In this document: positions 1 to 9,201 of the stretch, one piece after another
How the letters are laid out: each line of letters starts with the position of its first letter
Position numbering within the stretch: the first letter of the stretch is position 1
NCBI GenBank assembly: GCA_035541435.1
Contig: DATKNL010000010.1
Location: forward strand, 94,477-158,476
Reading direction: 5' to 3'
Source: Minisyncoccota bacterium
GTDB taxonomy: Bacteria > Patescibacteriota > Minisyncoccia > UBA6257 > 2-01-FULL-56-20
DNA: 64,000 nt
The notes under the pieces: generated by a model
Told to the model about the DNA's origin: nothing
The model's database searches: none
What the model saw: only the letters and a program-made list of their open reading frames with translations
Translations under genes and position numbers: made by a program

Positions 1-1336
1 ATTCCGCGGGAGTCATTTTTGCATTCGTTTTCCGTTTCGAAAACCGAGCACGTTGGATTTCCCTGCCTCGCTTTACCTCGGAACGAAGCGTTTCAGTTTC
101 GGAGCGGCGCACGTCAGCGTCTCGGCTTCGTAACATTTCCAAAGAAACCCTTCCGACTGCGATCCGCATGTCGATTCGATCCAAGAGCGGTCCAGAAATC
201 CTTTTTTGATATTTCACGACTTCATAAGCCGTGCACGAGCATGACCGTTCCTTGTCGCCGTAATACCCGCAGGGACAAGGATTCATCGCGGCGATCAGCA
301 TGAAGCCTGCCGGGAACGCGATCCTTCTTCTTGAACGCACGACCTCCATCCGCCCCGCGTCGAGCGGCTGGCGAAGCGCCTCGATTACTCCCCTGCGGAA
401 CTCCGGCAGTTCGTCGATAAAGAGGATGCCCCGATGGGCCAGGCTTATCTCCCCCGGTTTGGGATCCTGTCCCCCGCCGATGAGTGCGACTTGGGAAATC
501 GTATGGTGTGGCGCGCGGAATGGCAGCGATGCGATCAGGCCGTTCGGCTTGAGTCCCGCAGCGCTCCAGATTTTCGTTATCTCGATCGAATCCTCGATGG
601 TCGGCTCAGGCAGGATGCCGACGCAGGCGCTTGCGAGAAGACTTTTCCCAACGCCGGGCGGTCCGATTAGGCAAATGTTATGTTCTCCAGTCAGGGCAAC
701 GAGAAGCGCGCGCTTCGCCGTTTCCTGCCCCTTGACCTCCGAAAAGTCTGGAGCCGTACGGCTGATGAATTTTTTCTTTGTGCGGACTTCTTTCTCGGGT
801 GTTGGTGGCCAGGAATTGATGGCGTCGATTGCCTCGCGGAGTGTTTCTAAAGGTATGACCGTCAATCCTGCGATGACCGAAGCTTCGGCTGCGTTTTCTG
901 AAGGAAGAAAGAGATATTTGAAACGCTCCTTTGCGGCCCGTTCAGCGATGTTAAGGGCGCCCGAAACTCCCCTTAACCGGCCATCAAGCGCCAATTCGCC
1001 TATGAATACGGACGTCCTTTCGTCGAATTTCTTAATTTGGTTTGTTGCCGCTAAATAACCTATGGCAATCGCCAGATCATATTGTGAGCCAGTCTTTCGA
1101 AAGTCAGCCGGCGCCAAATTTATTATTATTTTTCGATTTTCTTGATTTGGGGATTTTATTCCTGTGTTTCTGATGGCGGAATTTACCCGCTCCTTCGCCT
1201 CGTTCAGCGACTTATCGGCAAGACCGACAATTGAAAAATCATGAAGGCCGACATGAACGTCGGCCTCCACCTCGATGATTCTTGCCTCTACCCCTTCTAA
1301 TTCAGCAGAAAAGATCCTCGAAGGCTTTCTAGCCAT
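1..1336 (-). CDS. comM: Mg-chelatase-like AAA+ ATPase, YifB/ComM family. The N-terminal start is at 1336. The C-terminus runs off the window edge.
   Basis: Manual minus-strand translation from the ATG (complement of 1334-1336) gives MARKPSRIFSAELEGVEARIIEVEADVHVGL... It includes a Walker A motif (GPPGVGKS), GILFIDELPEF, and a Cys cluster (NPCPCGYYGDKERSCSCT) typical of the YifB/ComM family. The frame stays open to position 1. It is absent from the ORF track because it is truncated. Confidence 0.8.
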   Translation of the reverse strand, partial: MARKPSRIFSAELEGVEARIIEVEADVHVGLHDFSIVGLADKSLNEAKERVNSAIRNTGIKSPNQENRKIIINLAPADFRKTGSQYDLAIAIGYLAATNQIKKFDERTSVFIGELALDGRLRGVSGALNIAERAAKERFKYLFLPSENAAEASVIAGLTVIPLETLREAIDAINSWPPTPEKEVRTKKKFISRTAPDFSEVKGQETAKRALLVALTGEHNICLIGPPGVGKSLLASACVGILPEPTIEDSIEITKIWSAAGLKPNGLIASLPFRAPHHTISQVALIGGGQDPKPGEISLAHRGILFIDELPEFRRGVIEALRQPLDAGRMEVVRSRRRIAFPAGFMLIAAMNPCPCGYYGDKERSCSCTAYEVVKYQKRISGPLLDRIDMRIAVGRVSLEMLRSRDADVRRSETETLRSEVKRGREIQRARFSKRKTNAKMTPAE

Positions 1337-1380
1337 TCGTTATGTTTAACAGAATGGCCATTAAATAATTATTAAATGAC

Positions 1381-1725
1381 TTACTTGCCTTGCTTATCGT
1401 TTATGCAAAACCGAGATTCCGGGTCTATTTCCAATATGGCCGCTTCAATTGATTTCCCGCATTTTTCACAAATTCCATAAACCCCCTTCGATATCTTATC
1501 CAAAGCCGAAGTTATATCAGAAAGGCGCTTTTTAAGATCTTCGGTTATGGCCATTTGATTGCCAACCTCTTCCGATATATCGGACTCTTCTTCGAAGCGG
1601 ACAACATCGACACCAAGGTCGACGGGTTTTTCATTCCTTTTTATTTCTTCAAGGATCATCACTCGCTCTTTTTCAAGCTTGCTTTTATATTCGCTTAATT
1701 TTTCATTTGTCATAATTGACACCAT
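1381..1725 (-). CDS. DksA/TraR family C4-type zinc-finger protein. The start is uncertain: the track ORF extends to 1812 through a repeat region.
   Basis: There is a coiled-coil N-terminus and a C-terminal motif CEKCGKSIEAAILEIDPESRFC (CxxC-x17-C). The size of about 110 aa fits DksA/TraR. The upstream part of the ORF reads through the TCCGGCAAA repeats and is probably not coding. Confidence 0.55.
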   Translation of the reverse strand: MVSIMTNEKLSEYKSKLEKERVMILEEIKRNEKPVDLGVDVVRFEEESDISEEVGNQMAITEDLKKRLSDITSALDKISKGVYGICEKCGKSIEAAILEIDPESRFCINDKQGK

Positions 1726-1738
1726 AAGATAAAAATTT

Positions 1739-1812
1739 TTATGCGTCAAATCCGGCAAATTATGACAATATTCCGGCAAAAAATCCGGCAAAAATATTCC
1801 GGCAAACTTCAT
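1739..1812. repeat. Four direct copies of (T)TCCGGCAAA spaced 13-15 bp apart in an AT-rich spacer.
   Basis: The sequence reads atccggcaaattatgacaatattccggcaaaaaatccggcaaaaatattccggcaaac. An inverted copy (ttgccgaa) lies at about 1832. Confidence 0.6.
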
Positions 1813-1892
1813 TAAAAAATCATTAAAATTGCCGAATTAAAAATCATAAAAATATCCAATAAACATAGATTTTCTCTAGTGATAAACAAAAA

Positions 1893-2182
1893 TGTTTTTC
1901 AGAATGTTTGTCGCTAAACAACCCATAATTCATTTTCCGATGTTTAGCGCTAAACATCCATTAATTCATTTAAAATTGTTTAGCGTGAAACATTTATAAA
2001 ATAATTAGCGAATGTTTGTCGCTAAACAACCAATAATTCATTTTAGGATGTTTGTCGCTAAACATCCTAAAAATCATTTATAGAAACAGATGAAACTGAA
2101 AAACAATTTCAGAATGTTTGTCGCTAAACATCCCATAATTCATTTTTGGAGTGTTTAGCGCTAAACATCAATTAATTCATTT
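1893..2182. repeat. Iteron-like tandem array. It has about seven 35-40-bp direct repeats, each carrying the palindrome TGTTTAGCGCTAAACA (or the variant TGTTTGTCGCTAAACA) followed by cc-ATAATTCATTT. It ends exactly at the yraN start codon.
   Basis: The units were read directly at about 1898, 1938, 1976 (degenerate), 2011, 2047, 2108 and 2149. GTTTAGCGCTAAAC is a perfect 14-bp palindrome. The region is AT-rich within a GC-rich genome. Confidence 0.7.
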
Positions 2183-2560
2183 ATGGAAAATAGGAAACTG
2201 GGACGACTCGGAGAAGAGATTGCTTTAAGATATCTCTTAAAAACGAAGCACGTCATCATTGAAAGAAACTTCAAGAAGAAATTTGGCGAGATAGACATAA
2301 TAGCTCGATCCATTGATGGGATGCTCATTTTTTGCGAAGTGAAGACCATGGCTTTCGGTGACTCTGCTCAGATGAACATATTTAAGCCGAGCGATCGCAT
2401 CAACTTCAAAAAGATTCAACACATGAGACGGATGGCCCGCTTTTATTCATTAAAGAATTCAAGCCTGGTTTTCGACATCGGTTGGCGCATTGACGCGATT
2501 TCGGTTTTTATAAAGAGCGAGCACAAAGCAGACGTCGTGCACTTCAAAAACATCGCTTGA
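2183..2560 (+). CDS. yraN: YraN family (UPF0102) predicted endonuclease.
   Basis: The product is 125 aa and reads LGRLGEEIALRYL...GEIDIIA...LIFCEVKT, the YraN/UPF0102 signature. Confidence 0.75.
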   Translation: MENRKLGRLGEEIALRYLLKTKHVIIERNFKKKFGEIDIIARSIDGMLIFCEVKTMAFGDSAQMNIFKPSDRINFKKIQHMRRMARFYSLKNSSLVFDIGWRIDAISVFIKSEHKADVVHFKNIA

Positions 2561-2627
2561 CACCTTTCTTGTTGTTCTATAGTATTAGGGTAATGACCGC
2601 TTCGAAGCGGCCTTTTTTACAAAAACA

Positions 2628-3854
2628 ATGTTAAACATCAAAGAACTATCAAAAGCGCTGCGACAAGTTTCCGAAGAGAAAGGACTCGAACCGGAGAAGG
2701 TTTTGGAGGTCATCGAGTCGTCGATCGCCGCTGCGTACAAAAAGGAATACGGAGAGCGGGGAGAGGTGGTGAAGTGCAGCATCGATCAGAAGACCGGAGA
2801 GCTTCACTTCTGGCAGATCAAGAAAGTGGTTGATGAGACGACGGTTCGATTCGTCGAAGAAGGCGAGGAAGGGGTTGAGACCGAGAAGAACGAAGCGGCG
2901 GAAAGCGAAGAGCCGAAGCTTCCGCGATTCAACGCGGAGCGAGACATCATGATTGAGGAAGCTCGGAAGACGAAGAAGGATGTCGAGCTCGGCGATGAGC
3001 TTTCGTTTCCGCTCGAGACGCACGAGGATTTTGGACGCATCGCCGCACAGACGGCCAAGCAGGTCATTCTGCAGAAGCTTCGCGAATCGGAGCGGGATTC
3101 GATTCTGAACGAGTGGCGGGGTCGTGAGGGGCAGATCGTGAGCGGCGTCGTGCAGCGCTTTGAACGGGGAAACATCTTCATCGATCTCGGCCGCACCATC
3201 GGCGTGATGTTCGCGAACGAATCGATCCCGGGCGAGCACTACCGCTCAGGGGAGCGGTTGCGATTCCTGGTTCTTGCCGTCCAAGAGGATACGCGCTTGC
3301 CTGGCATCATCCTCTCCCGGTCCCATCCTAAATTTGTCGTGGAGCTGTTCCGCATGGAGGTTCCCGAACTGATGGAAGACGCAATCGAGGTGAAGTCGAT
3401 CGCCCGCGAGCCCGGCAATCGAACCAAGATCGCCGCGGCTTCGAAGGCCGAAGGCGTTGATCCTGTCGGCGCTCTCGTCGGCCAGCGGGGAACACGCGTC
3501 ATGGCGGTGAACAACGAGCTCGGCAATGAGAAGATCGACATCGTCGAATGGTCCGAGGAGCCCGAGAAGTTCATCGCGAACGCGCTTTCGCCGGCGAAGG
3601 TTGACGGCGTTGAGATCATGCCGCGCCGAGAGGCGAGGGCATTCGTCCCCGAGAACCAACTGAGTTTGGCGATCGGCAAAGGAGGCCAGAACGTTCGGCT
3701 CGCCGCGAAGCTTACCGGATGGAAGATCGACGTGCGGTCGCAGACTGATCCTGAATCGGTTCAGGAAGGGGGAATCGCGGGCTTGACAGATGAGGCTGAT
3801 TCTGGTCAAATACCGCCTCAGGAAGACGGTGAGCGCGAGGACATTGCATTATAA
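2628..3854 (+). CDS. nusA: Transcription termination/antitermination factor NusA, with an acidic insertion in the N-terminal region.
   Basis: The N-terminus reads MLNIKELSKALRQVSEEKGLEPEKVLEVIESSIAAAYKK. It has S1-like and KH regions (SGVVQRFERGNIFIDLG; KH GxxG: IGKGGQNVRLAAKLTGWKIDV). Confidence 0.9.
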   Translation: MLNIKELSKALRQVSEEKGLEPEKVLEVIESSIAAAYKKEYGERGEVVKCSIDQKTGELHFWQIKKVVDETTVRFVEEGEEGVETEKNEAAESEEPKLPRFNAERDIMIEEARKTKKDVELGDELSFPLETHEDFGRIAAQTAKQVILQKLRESERDSILNEWRGREGQIVSGVVQRFERGNIFIDLGRTIGVMFANESIPGEHYRSGERLRFLVLAVQEDTRLPGIILSRSHPKFVVELFRMEVPELMEDAIEVKSIAREPGNRTKIAAASKAEGVDPVGALVGQRGTRVMAVNNELGNEKIDIVEWSEEPEKFIANALSPAKVDGVEIMPRREARAFVPENQLSLAIGKGGQNVRLAAKLTGWKIDVRSQTDPESVQEGGIAGLTDEADSGQIPPQEDGEREDIAL

Positions 3855-3885
3855 GACGGCCAATCTACAATCAATCAATACGAAC

Positions 3886-4425
3886 ATGCATAACAATCCC
3901 TGGGAACTGATACCGATCGGTGAGAAGGCGCCGGACGTGGTGAATGTTGTTATCGAAATCCCGAAAGGGAGTAATAACAAGTATGAGTTCGACGAAGAGC
4001 TCGGCGTCATCAAGCTTGATCGAGTTCTCTATTCGCCGTTTCATTATCCGCTTGATTACGGGTTCATCCCTGCCACGCGATCCGAAGACGGCGATCATCT
4101 TGATGCGCTGGTGATCGGGAGCGATCCGCTGCCGGTCGGATGCCTTGTCGCAGTCCGGCCGATCGGCATGCTGAAGATGATCGATTCGGGCGATCCCGAT
4201 GCGAAAATCCTTGCGGTGCAGGATAAGAATCCGCGGTTCGACAAGATCAAGAGCATCAAGGACATCGAAGCATTCACCCCGCATCTTCTGAAGGAGGTAG
4301 CCCACTTTTTCGAGCGGTACAAGGATCTTCAGGGTAAGAAGGTCGAAATTCAGGGATGGGACGACGTCGCAGCGGCGAAAGCCGAAATTAAAAAGGCCGA
4401 AGATGTTTATACAAAAGAGCACTAG
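3886..4425 (+). CDS. ppa: Inorganic pyrophosphatase (family I).
   Basis: The sequence [38 protein letters not shown]...DGDHLDALV...KILAV matches the soluble PPase core. The upstream in-frame extension in the track overlaps nusA and is unlikely to be translated. Confidence 0.85.
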   Translation: MHNNPWELIPIGEKAPDVVNVVIEIPKGSNNKYEFDEELGVIKLDRVLYSPFHYPLDYGFIPATRSEDGDHLDALVIGSDPLPVGCLVAVRPIGMLKMIDSGDPDAKILAVQDKNPRFDKIKSIKDIEAFTPHLLKEVAHFFERYKDLQGKKVEIQGWDDVAAAKAEIKKAEDVYTKEH

Positions 4426-4435
4426 AACCAAATCC

Positions 4436-5035
4436 ATGGAATACGAAAACCAATATCTCATTCCCACGGTCATCGAGAAGTCGCAATATGGCGAGCGGGC
4501 CTATGACATCTATTCGCGTCTCCTCAAGGAACGCATCATCTTTCTCGGCGGGCCGGTTACGGATGCGGTGGCGAACACCGTGATCGCCCAGCTCCTTTTC
4601 CTCGATCACGAGGATCAGAAGAAGGACATCCTCCTCTATATTAATAGCCCGGGCGGCTCGGTCACGGCGGGTATGGCCATCTATGACACCATGCAGTTCG
4701 TGAAGGCGGACGTCTCGACGATTTCGATCGGCGTCGCCGCGTCGATGGGGGCATTCCTGCTTGCGGCCGGGAAGAAGGGCAAGCGGTTGGCCTTGCCGAA
4801 TTCGGAGATCCTGCTTCACCAGGTCGCCGTCGATTCGATCGGGGGACAGGCGACCGAGATCGAAATCTCGGCCCGGCAGATCCTGAAGACCAAGCAGCGG
4901 CTGAATCAGATCCTCGCGAAGCACACCGGGCAGACGCTTGCGAAGATCGAGCGCGATACCGAGCGCGACTTCTGGCTTTCCGCCGACGAAGCGAAATCTT
5001 ACGGCGTGATCGACGAGATCATCAAGAAGCTCTAA
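4436..5035 (+). CDS. clpP: ATP-dependent Clp protease proteolytic subunit.
   Basis: The sequence reads [22 protein letters not shown]...[20 protein letters not shown]...[19 protein letters not shown]. The Ser and His catalytic context is present. Confidence 0.9.
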   Translation: MEYENQYLIPTVIEKSQYGERAYDIYSRLLKERIIFLGGPVTDAVANTVIAQLLFLDHEDQKKDILLYINSPGGSVTAGMAIYDTMQFVKADVSTISIGVAASMGAFLLAAGKKGKRLALPNSEILLHQVAVDSIGGQATEIEISARQILKTKQRLNQILAKHTGQTLAKIERDTERDFWLSADEAKSYGVIDEIIKKL

Positions 5036-5051
5036 GCGCCGCGAGAAATGG

Positions 5052-5092
5052 GAGAGGCCTCGACGATGGTCGTCGAGGCCTTTTTCACATTC
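5052..5092 (+). terminator. Intrinsic terminator downstream of clpP.
   Basis: A perfect hairpin, GAGGCCTCGACGA-TGG-TCGTCGAGGCCTC, is followed by TTTTTC. Confidence 0.7.
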
Positions 5093-5393
5093 GTTTGCAG
5101 GGTCTCACCGTGGTGTTGTCGATGAAGTAGTGGGCGGGGCACGTGTCCGAACCGCACACGACCGGAAAGAGCCCGGCAATCTGTTTTTTCCTGACGAGTC
5201 CGAGCATGCCGCATTCAGGACATGCAAGAACCGCCCAATACGGATCATCTTCCGTCTCCTGCCTCCCGGCATTCTCAAGGACGTAAACGCTGCCAGGCGA
5301 CATCAGTTCAGGCGTCCAATCGCCTACCTCGGTCAATTCGGTCACCATCGTCACCTCCGGGTCTTGCGGATCTACCTTCATGCTACCCCTCAA
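5085..5393 (-). CDS. Hypothetical small zinc-ribbon protein (CPECG...C-x5-CP) in the clpP-tyrS spacer.
   Basis: It is a 102-aa ORF with CxxC...CxxxxxC. It has no recognisable family, and GC-rich antisense ORFs are common here, so confidence is low. Confidence 0.3.
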   Translation of the reverse strand: MRGSMKVDPQDPEVTMVTELTEVGDWTPELMSPGSVYVLENAGRQETEDDPYWAVLACPECGMLGLVRKKQIAGLFPVVCGSDTCPAHYFIDNTTVRPCKRM

Positions 5394-5413
5394 ATCGTGG
5401 TAGAATCAAGCCA

Positions 5414-6595
5414 ATGACGCGCGAGGATGCTGTAAAAAACCTGCTTTCGAGGAACGTCGAAGAGGTCATCGAAGAGGGCCATCTTCGGGCTGCCATGAAT
5501 GGCACGAAGAAACTTCGGGTCAAACACGGCATCGATCCTACGGGTCCGAAAATCCACATTGGCCGTGCCGTCGTCCTTTGGAAGCTGCGTGAATTTCAGG
5601 ATTTGGGGCACAAGATCGTCCTGGTCATCGGTGACTTCACGGCGCAAATAGGGGATCCGTCGGACAAGCTTGAGAAGCGCCCGTTCCTTTCCCACGAGCA
5701 GGTCAGGAAGAACCTCAAGGGATATCTTGATCAGGTCGGCCTGATCCTCGACATGAAGAAGGTCGAGGTCCGCTATAACAGCGAATGGCTCAAGAAGCTG
5801 GACTTCCAGCAGATTTCACAGCTCGCAGAAACCTTCAGCGTCCGGCAGATGATCGAGCGGAAGAATTTCAAAGGGCGTTGGGAGAATCACGAAGAAATAA
5901 GCCTTCGCGAATTCCTCTATCCGCTCATGCAGGGTTACGATTCGGTCGCCATCAAGGCCGACCTTGAACTTGGCGGTACGGATCAGCTTTTCAACATGCT
6001 TGCGGGCCGAAGGATCCAGGAGTATTACGGCCAAAAGCCGCAGGACGTCATGACGACCAAGATGGTGATCGGCCTCGACGGACGGAAGATGTCGACGAGC
6101 TGGGGGAACGTCGTGAACGTGAGCGACGCCCCCGATGAGCAGTTCGGAAGGCTCATGTCGCTGAACGATGATCTCATCGCCGAATATTTCGAGACGGTTA
6201 CCGGCGCAGCCATGAGCGATGTCGCGGCGGTACGAAAGGCGCTTTCAGCCGGCAGGAACCCGCGCGATCTTAAAATCGAGCTGGCCTCGAGCGTCGTCGA
6301 ACGCTATCACGGCGCAGCTGCCGCGTCTTCGGCCCGGGAAAAATTCGAAAAACTTTTTTCCAAAAAGGAAGTACCGGCGGATGTTCCCGAGCTGAAACTG
6401 AAAAAGGGTGCCATGACGGCCCTCGATCTCGTTGTCGCCGCGGGCGCGAAAAGCAAAAGCGAGGGACGGCGCCTTATCGAACAGGGAGCATTCGATTTCA
6501 ACGGAAAGACCGAAAAGGATCCCGGAGCCACGCTTGTCCTCAAGGGTGGAGAACTCATAAAGCTTGGAAAACATAGGTTTTTCAAGGTCAGATAG
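5414..6595 (+). CDS. tyrS: Tyrosyl-tRNA synthetase.
   Basis: It has a HIGH-type motif (KIHIGR), GDFTAQIGDPSDK, a KMSKS-type motif (RKMSTS), and a C-terminal S4-like domain (GAMTALDLVVAAGAKSKSEGRRLIEQGA). Confidence 0.85.
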   Translation: MTREDAVKNLLSRNVEEVIEEGHLRAAMNGTKKLRVKHGIDPTGPKIHIGRAVVLWKLREFQDLGHKIVLVIGDFTAQIGDPSDKLEKRPFLSHEQVRKNLKGYLDQVGLILDMKKVEVRYNSEWLKKLDFQQISQLAETFSVRQMIERKNFKGRWENHEEISLREFLYPLMQGYDSVAIKADLELGGTDQLFNMLAGRRIQEYYGQKPQDVMTTKMVIGLDGRKMSTSWGNVVNVSDAPDEQFGRLMSLNDDLIAEYFETVTGAAMSDVAAVRKALSAGRNPRDLKIELASSVVERYHGAAAASSAREKFEKLFSKKEVPADVPELKLKKGAMTALDLVVAAGAKSKSEGRRLIEQGAFDFNGKTEKDPGATLVLKGGELIKLGKHRFFKVR

Positions 6596-6849
6596 GGGAC
6601 TATCACAGATTATCCACAGATAGTGCTTGTGTTATCCCGAGCGGTGGTAAGATTAATACAGATTCATTAAAAGCATCCATATCCTCAGCAACCGCTCCCG
6701 GTGAGCGGCACATAAAACATTATCCCTTCTGTTTTCTGCGCAGAGCGCAGTATCGGTCATCATCCTCACATCAGGGTCCACCAATCGGCGGACCCTTTAT
6801 TTTTCTTTGCAATTTTTTGAACAAGGGAGTATAACAGGAGGCAGTTCGC

Positions 6850-7572
6850 TTGATATCGGAGAGGAGGAAGGGATTGGACTTCGCAAAACTTGAAGAAGCG
6901 TACCGACCATTTCGGGAAGAGCTTATCAAAAGGAATTTTTTCGAACAAGGGGTCGAGGAAACGTTCGCGGCTATCCGCGGTTTCCGTCTGATACGGCCTA
7001 AATCAAGAAGCTATCAGGAGCCGGGCGAAATGTGCTTCGTCTATGTTCCGCCGCTGAAGCAGATCGTCGAAGGCAATGATTATCGGGTGGTGGTTTGTTC
7101 GACGAAGCGCCGCGAAGGATGGGTTGGCAAGGATTCTGCGTGGGTGATCATCGTCGATCGTTCGGGAGAGAAACTCTATTCGAAAGGCCCGTTCGTCCGA
7201 CGAAGCCCTGCGGTGTTTGACCGCGTTCTTAAAGAGGCGAAGGTCGCCCGGTGGCGGGTGTACTATCGTCCAAACGAATGCCCGAAGGGCTGTCGGGCTC
7301 CCATGCTGCTTGTTCATGAGATCGGTCGGCTCAAATCCCAGTATTGGCGATGCGCCGTCTGTCCGAATGATCGCAGCCATAACCGACGTTTCGATGACAT
7401 CAGGAAGCCGCTTCCGCCCGACGTCATGGAGGAGCGGTTGCGTGGGCGAAGGCAGCGATCTAAGGAGCGCAAGAAGATGCGGGAGGCCGGGAAGGATCCA
7501 TTCGCCGCTTTCAAATTGCGGATGCGGCATCCTTGGAAGAAGGTGCCGATCGATACCCCGCTCCTCTTTTAG
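6850..7572 (+). CDS. Hypothetical protein with a C-terminal Cys4 zinc-ribbon (ECPKGC...CAVCP) and a basic tail.
   Basis: It is a 240-aa ORF with good coding appearance. No family was recognised. Confidence 0.5.
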   Translation: MISERRKGLDFAKLEEAYRPFREELIKRNFFEQGVEETFAAIRGFRLIRPKSRSYQEPGEMCFVYVPPLKQIVEGNDYRVVVCSTKRREGWVGKDSAWVIIVDRSGEKLYSKGPFVRRSPAVFDRVLKEAKVARWRVYYRPNECPKGCRAPMLLVHEIGRLKSQYWRCAVCPNDRSHNRRFDDIRKPLPPDVMEERLRGRRQRSKERKKMREAGKDPFAAFKLRMRHPWKKVPIDTPLLF

Positions 7573-7606
7573 CGGAAGTTTTCATAGGGATGCCCGCGGG
7601 CGTCCC

Positions 7607-8440
7607 TTATTTTATTTCTTTCGGATAGCCGTAATTCGGTTCAAGGCCCTGCGAGCGCAGCAGCGCGAGGTTCTCGTCGTCCATGTCCTTCAGCCATCGG
7701 ACGTCCACGCCCATCTTCTCGCCAAGCGCGATCAGCGTGCGCACGTCCTTCGGGAAGCATGTGCCGTTATAGCCGCGGAATCCTTCGTACATGACCTCGA
7801 GCCCGTAATGCCCGATCCGCGGGTCGGCGCCGATCAGCGCTTTGATCTCGTCATAATCGACTTCCAGCGCCTGTGCGAAATCATAGACTTTGTTCGCGAT
7901 GGCGACCTTCGATGCGAGGATCGTGTTCGATGCGAACTTCACAAGCTCGGCTTCGCGCGCCGGAACGATTTTCACATATTCGCGCGGCGCGGTTGGCAAC
8001 AGGTCGAGGATTTCCTGGGCGACCGATTCGCTTTTCGCCGTGGTCCCGATGAGTTGGCGCGGGGGATTGATGAAGTCCTCATAGGCCGTGGCGGCACGCA
8101 GGAATTCGGGATTGAAAAGGACGGCGTGCTGCGGAAATTTTTTCTGAAACGAATCGGTCGTTCCCGGCGGAATCGTCGATCGCAGGACGACGACCTTCTC
8201 GCTGTTCAGGATCGAAACGGCGGATTCGACATACGAGAGGTCGGTGAAGCCGGTCTTGGTGTCGAACGGCGTATTCACGCAGACGAAGACGATGTCGGCG
8301 CGGTTCACCTCGCCGGGCGAGCCGACGCCTTTCTTATCGTAGCGGAGGGTCTCGATGCCGTTGTCCCGGAAGTACCGGTCGACCGAACCGCCCAGGAATC
8401 CGAGCCCGATGACGCCTATTTTTTTCTGCGTTTTGATCAT
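7607..8440 (-). CDS. NAD-dependent nucleotide-sugar dehydrogenase (UDP-glucose/GDP-mannose 6-dehydrogenase family), short form.
   Basis: It has an N-terminal Rossmann motif KIGVIGLGFLGG when translation starts at MIKTQ. CVNTP, GTCFPKD and the family core are present. The track ORF extends 60 codons upstream, but the GxGxxG position argues for the 8440 start. Confidence 0.7.
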   Translation of the reverse strand: MIKTQKKIGVIGLGFLGGSVDRYFRDNGIETLRYDKKGVGSPGEVNRADIVFVCVNTPFDTKTGFTDLSYVESAVSILNSEKVVVLRSTIPPGTTDSFQKKFPQHAVLFNPEFLRAATAYEDFINPPRQLIGTTAKSESVAQEILDLLPTAPREYVKIVPAREAELVKFASNTILASKVAIANKVYDFAQALEVDYDEIKALIGADPRIGHYGLEVMYEGFRGYNGTCFPKDVRTLIALGEKMGVDVRWLKDMDDENLALLRSQGLEPNYGYPKEIK

Positions 8441-8583
8441 GAGCGGGTAACGGGAGTCGGACCCGTGTCTGCTCCTTGGAAGGGAGCCATAATAGCCGTT
8501 ATACGATACCCGCGTTTGTGTTCCATTGTATATGGTTTGCGGGCGCTTCTCAAGCGGTGAATCCTTGATTTTTAAGGCCACTT

Positions 8584-9201
8584 TTGCTAGAAATAGGGTA
8601 TTCAATGGACAGAATTTCACGACGGACGAAGGCCCTTGTGGCCTTCATTATTCTTGTAGCGGGCGGGTTTGCGATCACGGTCGTGTGGGGGAGCAGGAAT
8701 CAGGTTCCCGAGGCGTTCACCGACGCCCGCTTGCAGGGCGCCCTCATTTCCCAGACGATCGTAGGCATTTCGAATTCCTCGACCCAGGAGCTCGCCGAGA
8801 TCAACGCGCTTGACCGGAGCGGGAACTACGCCCAGGCGCTTTCCCTTACGACCGACCTCGTGAACCAGAGCCAGCAGCTCCGGGACCAGGGGGTCAAGCT
8901 GTCGAATCAGGTCGGGACGATGACGCAGAGCCTGTCGAGCATCAATTCGTTCTATGCGCAGCAGGCGGCGCTCGAGTCGATCTCGAGCCGGCTCGCGCTC
9001 ATCAACCAGCTCATAACCTATAGCAACGACCTTGACCGGCTGCTCGCCGTGCTTCAGGCGCGTTTTTCGGGAACCTATGAGCCCGCCGGGACCGTGCAGG
9101 GCATCGTTGACCAGATCAACACCGACGTGAACGCGATCAACAACTTCAACACGCAGGCGGAGCAGGCGATGGATCAGTTTGATAAGATAGTGAACAAGTA
9201 G
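8584..9201 (+). CDS. Hypothetical membrane-anchored protein. It has an N-terminal TM helix and a Q/N/S-rich coiled-coil extracytoplasmic region.
   Basis: The TM segment reads ALVAFIILVAGGFAITVVW. The alternative start is MDRISRR at 8605. Confidence 0.5.
   Translation: MLEIGYSMDRISRRTKALVAFIILVAGGFAITVVWGSRNQVPEAFTDARLQGALISQTIVGISNSSTQELAEINALDRSGNYAQALSLTTDLVNQSQQLRDQGVKLSNQVGTMTQSLSSINSFYAQQAALESISSRLALINQLITYSNDLDRLLAVLQARFSGTYEPAGTVQGIVDQINTDVNAINNFNTQAEQAMDQFDKIVNK

Noticed and set aside
300-1058. A 252-aa plus-strand ORF at the window start.
   Set aside because: It overlaps the clearly conserved comM/yifB gene on the opposite strand, and its translation has no protein-like features.
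1893-2182. Whether the palindromic repeat array is a CRISPR array.
   Set aside because: The units are directly tandem with no unique spacers. Each unit is itself palindromic and near-identical, and there are no cas genes nearby. It is therefore an operator or iteron-type array.
5036-5413. A T-box riboswitch leader upstream of tyrS.
   Set aside because: No T-box consensus (AATTAGGGTGGNACCGCG-like) or specifier-loop architecture was seen. The spacer is largely taken up by a terminator and a possible small antisense ORF.
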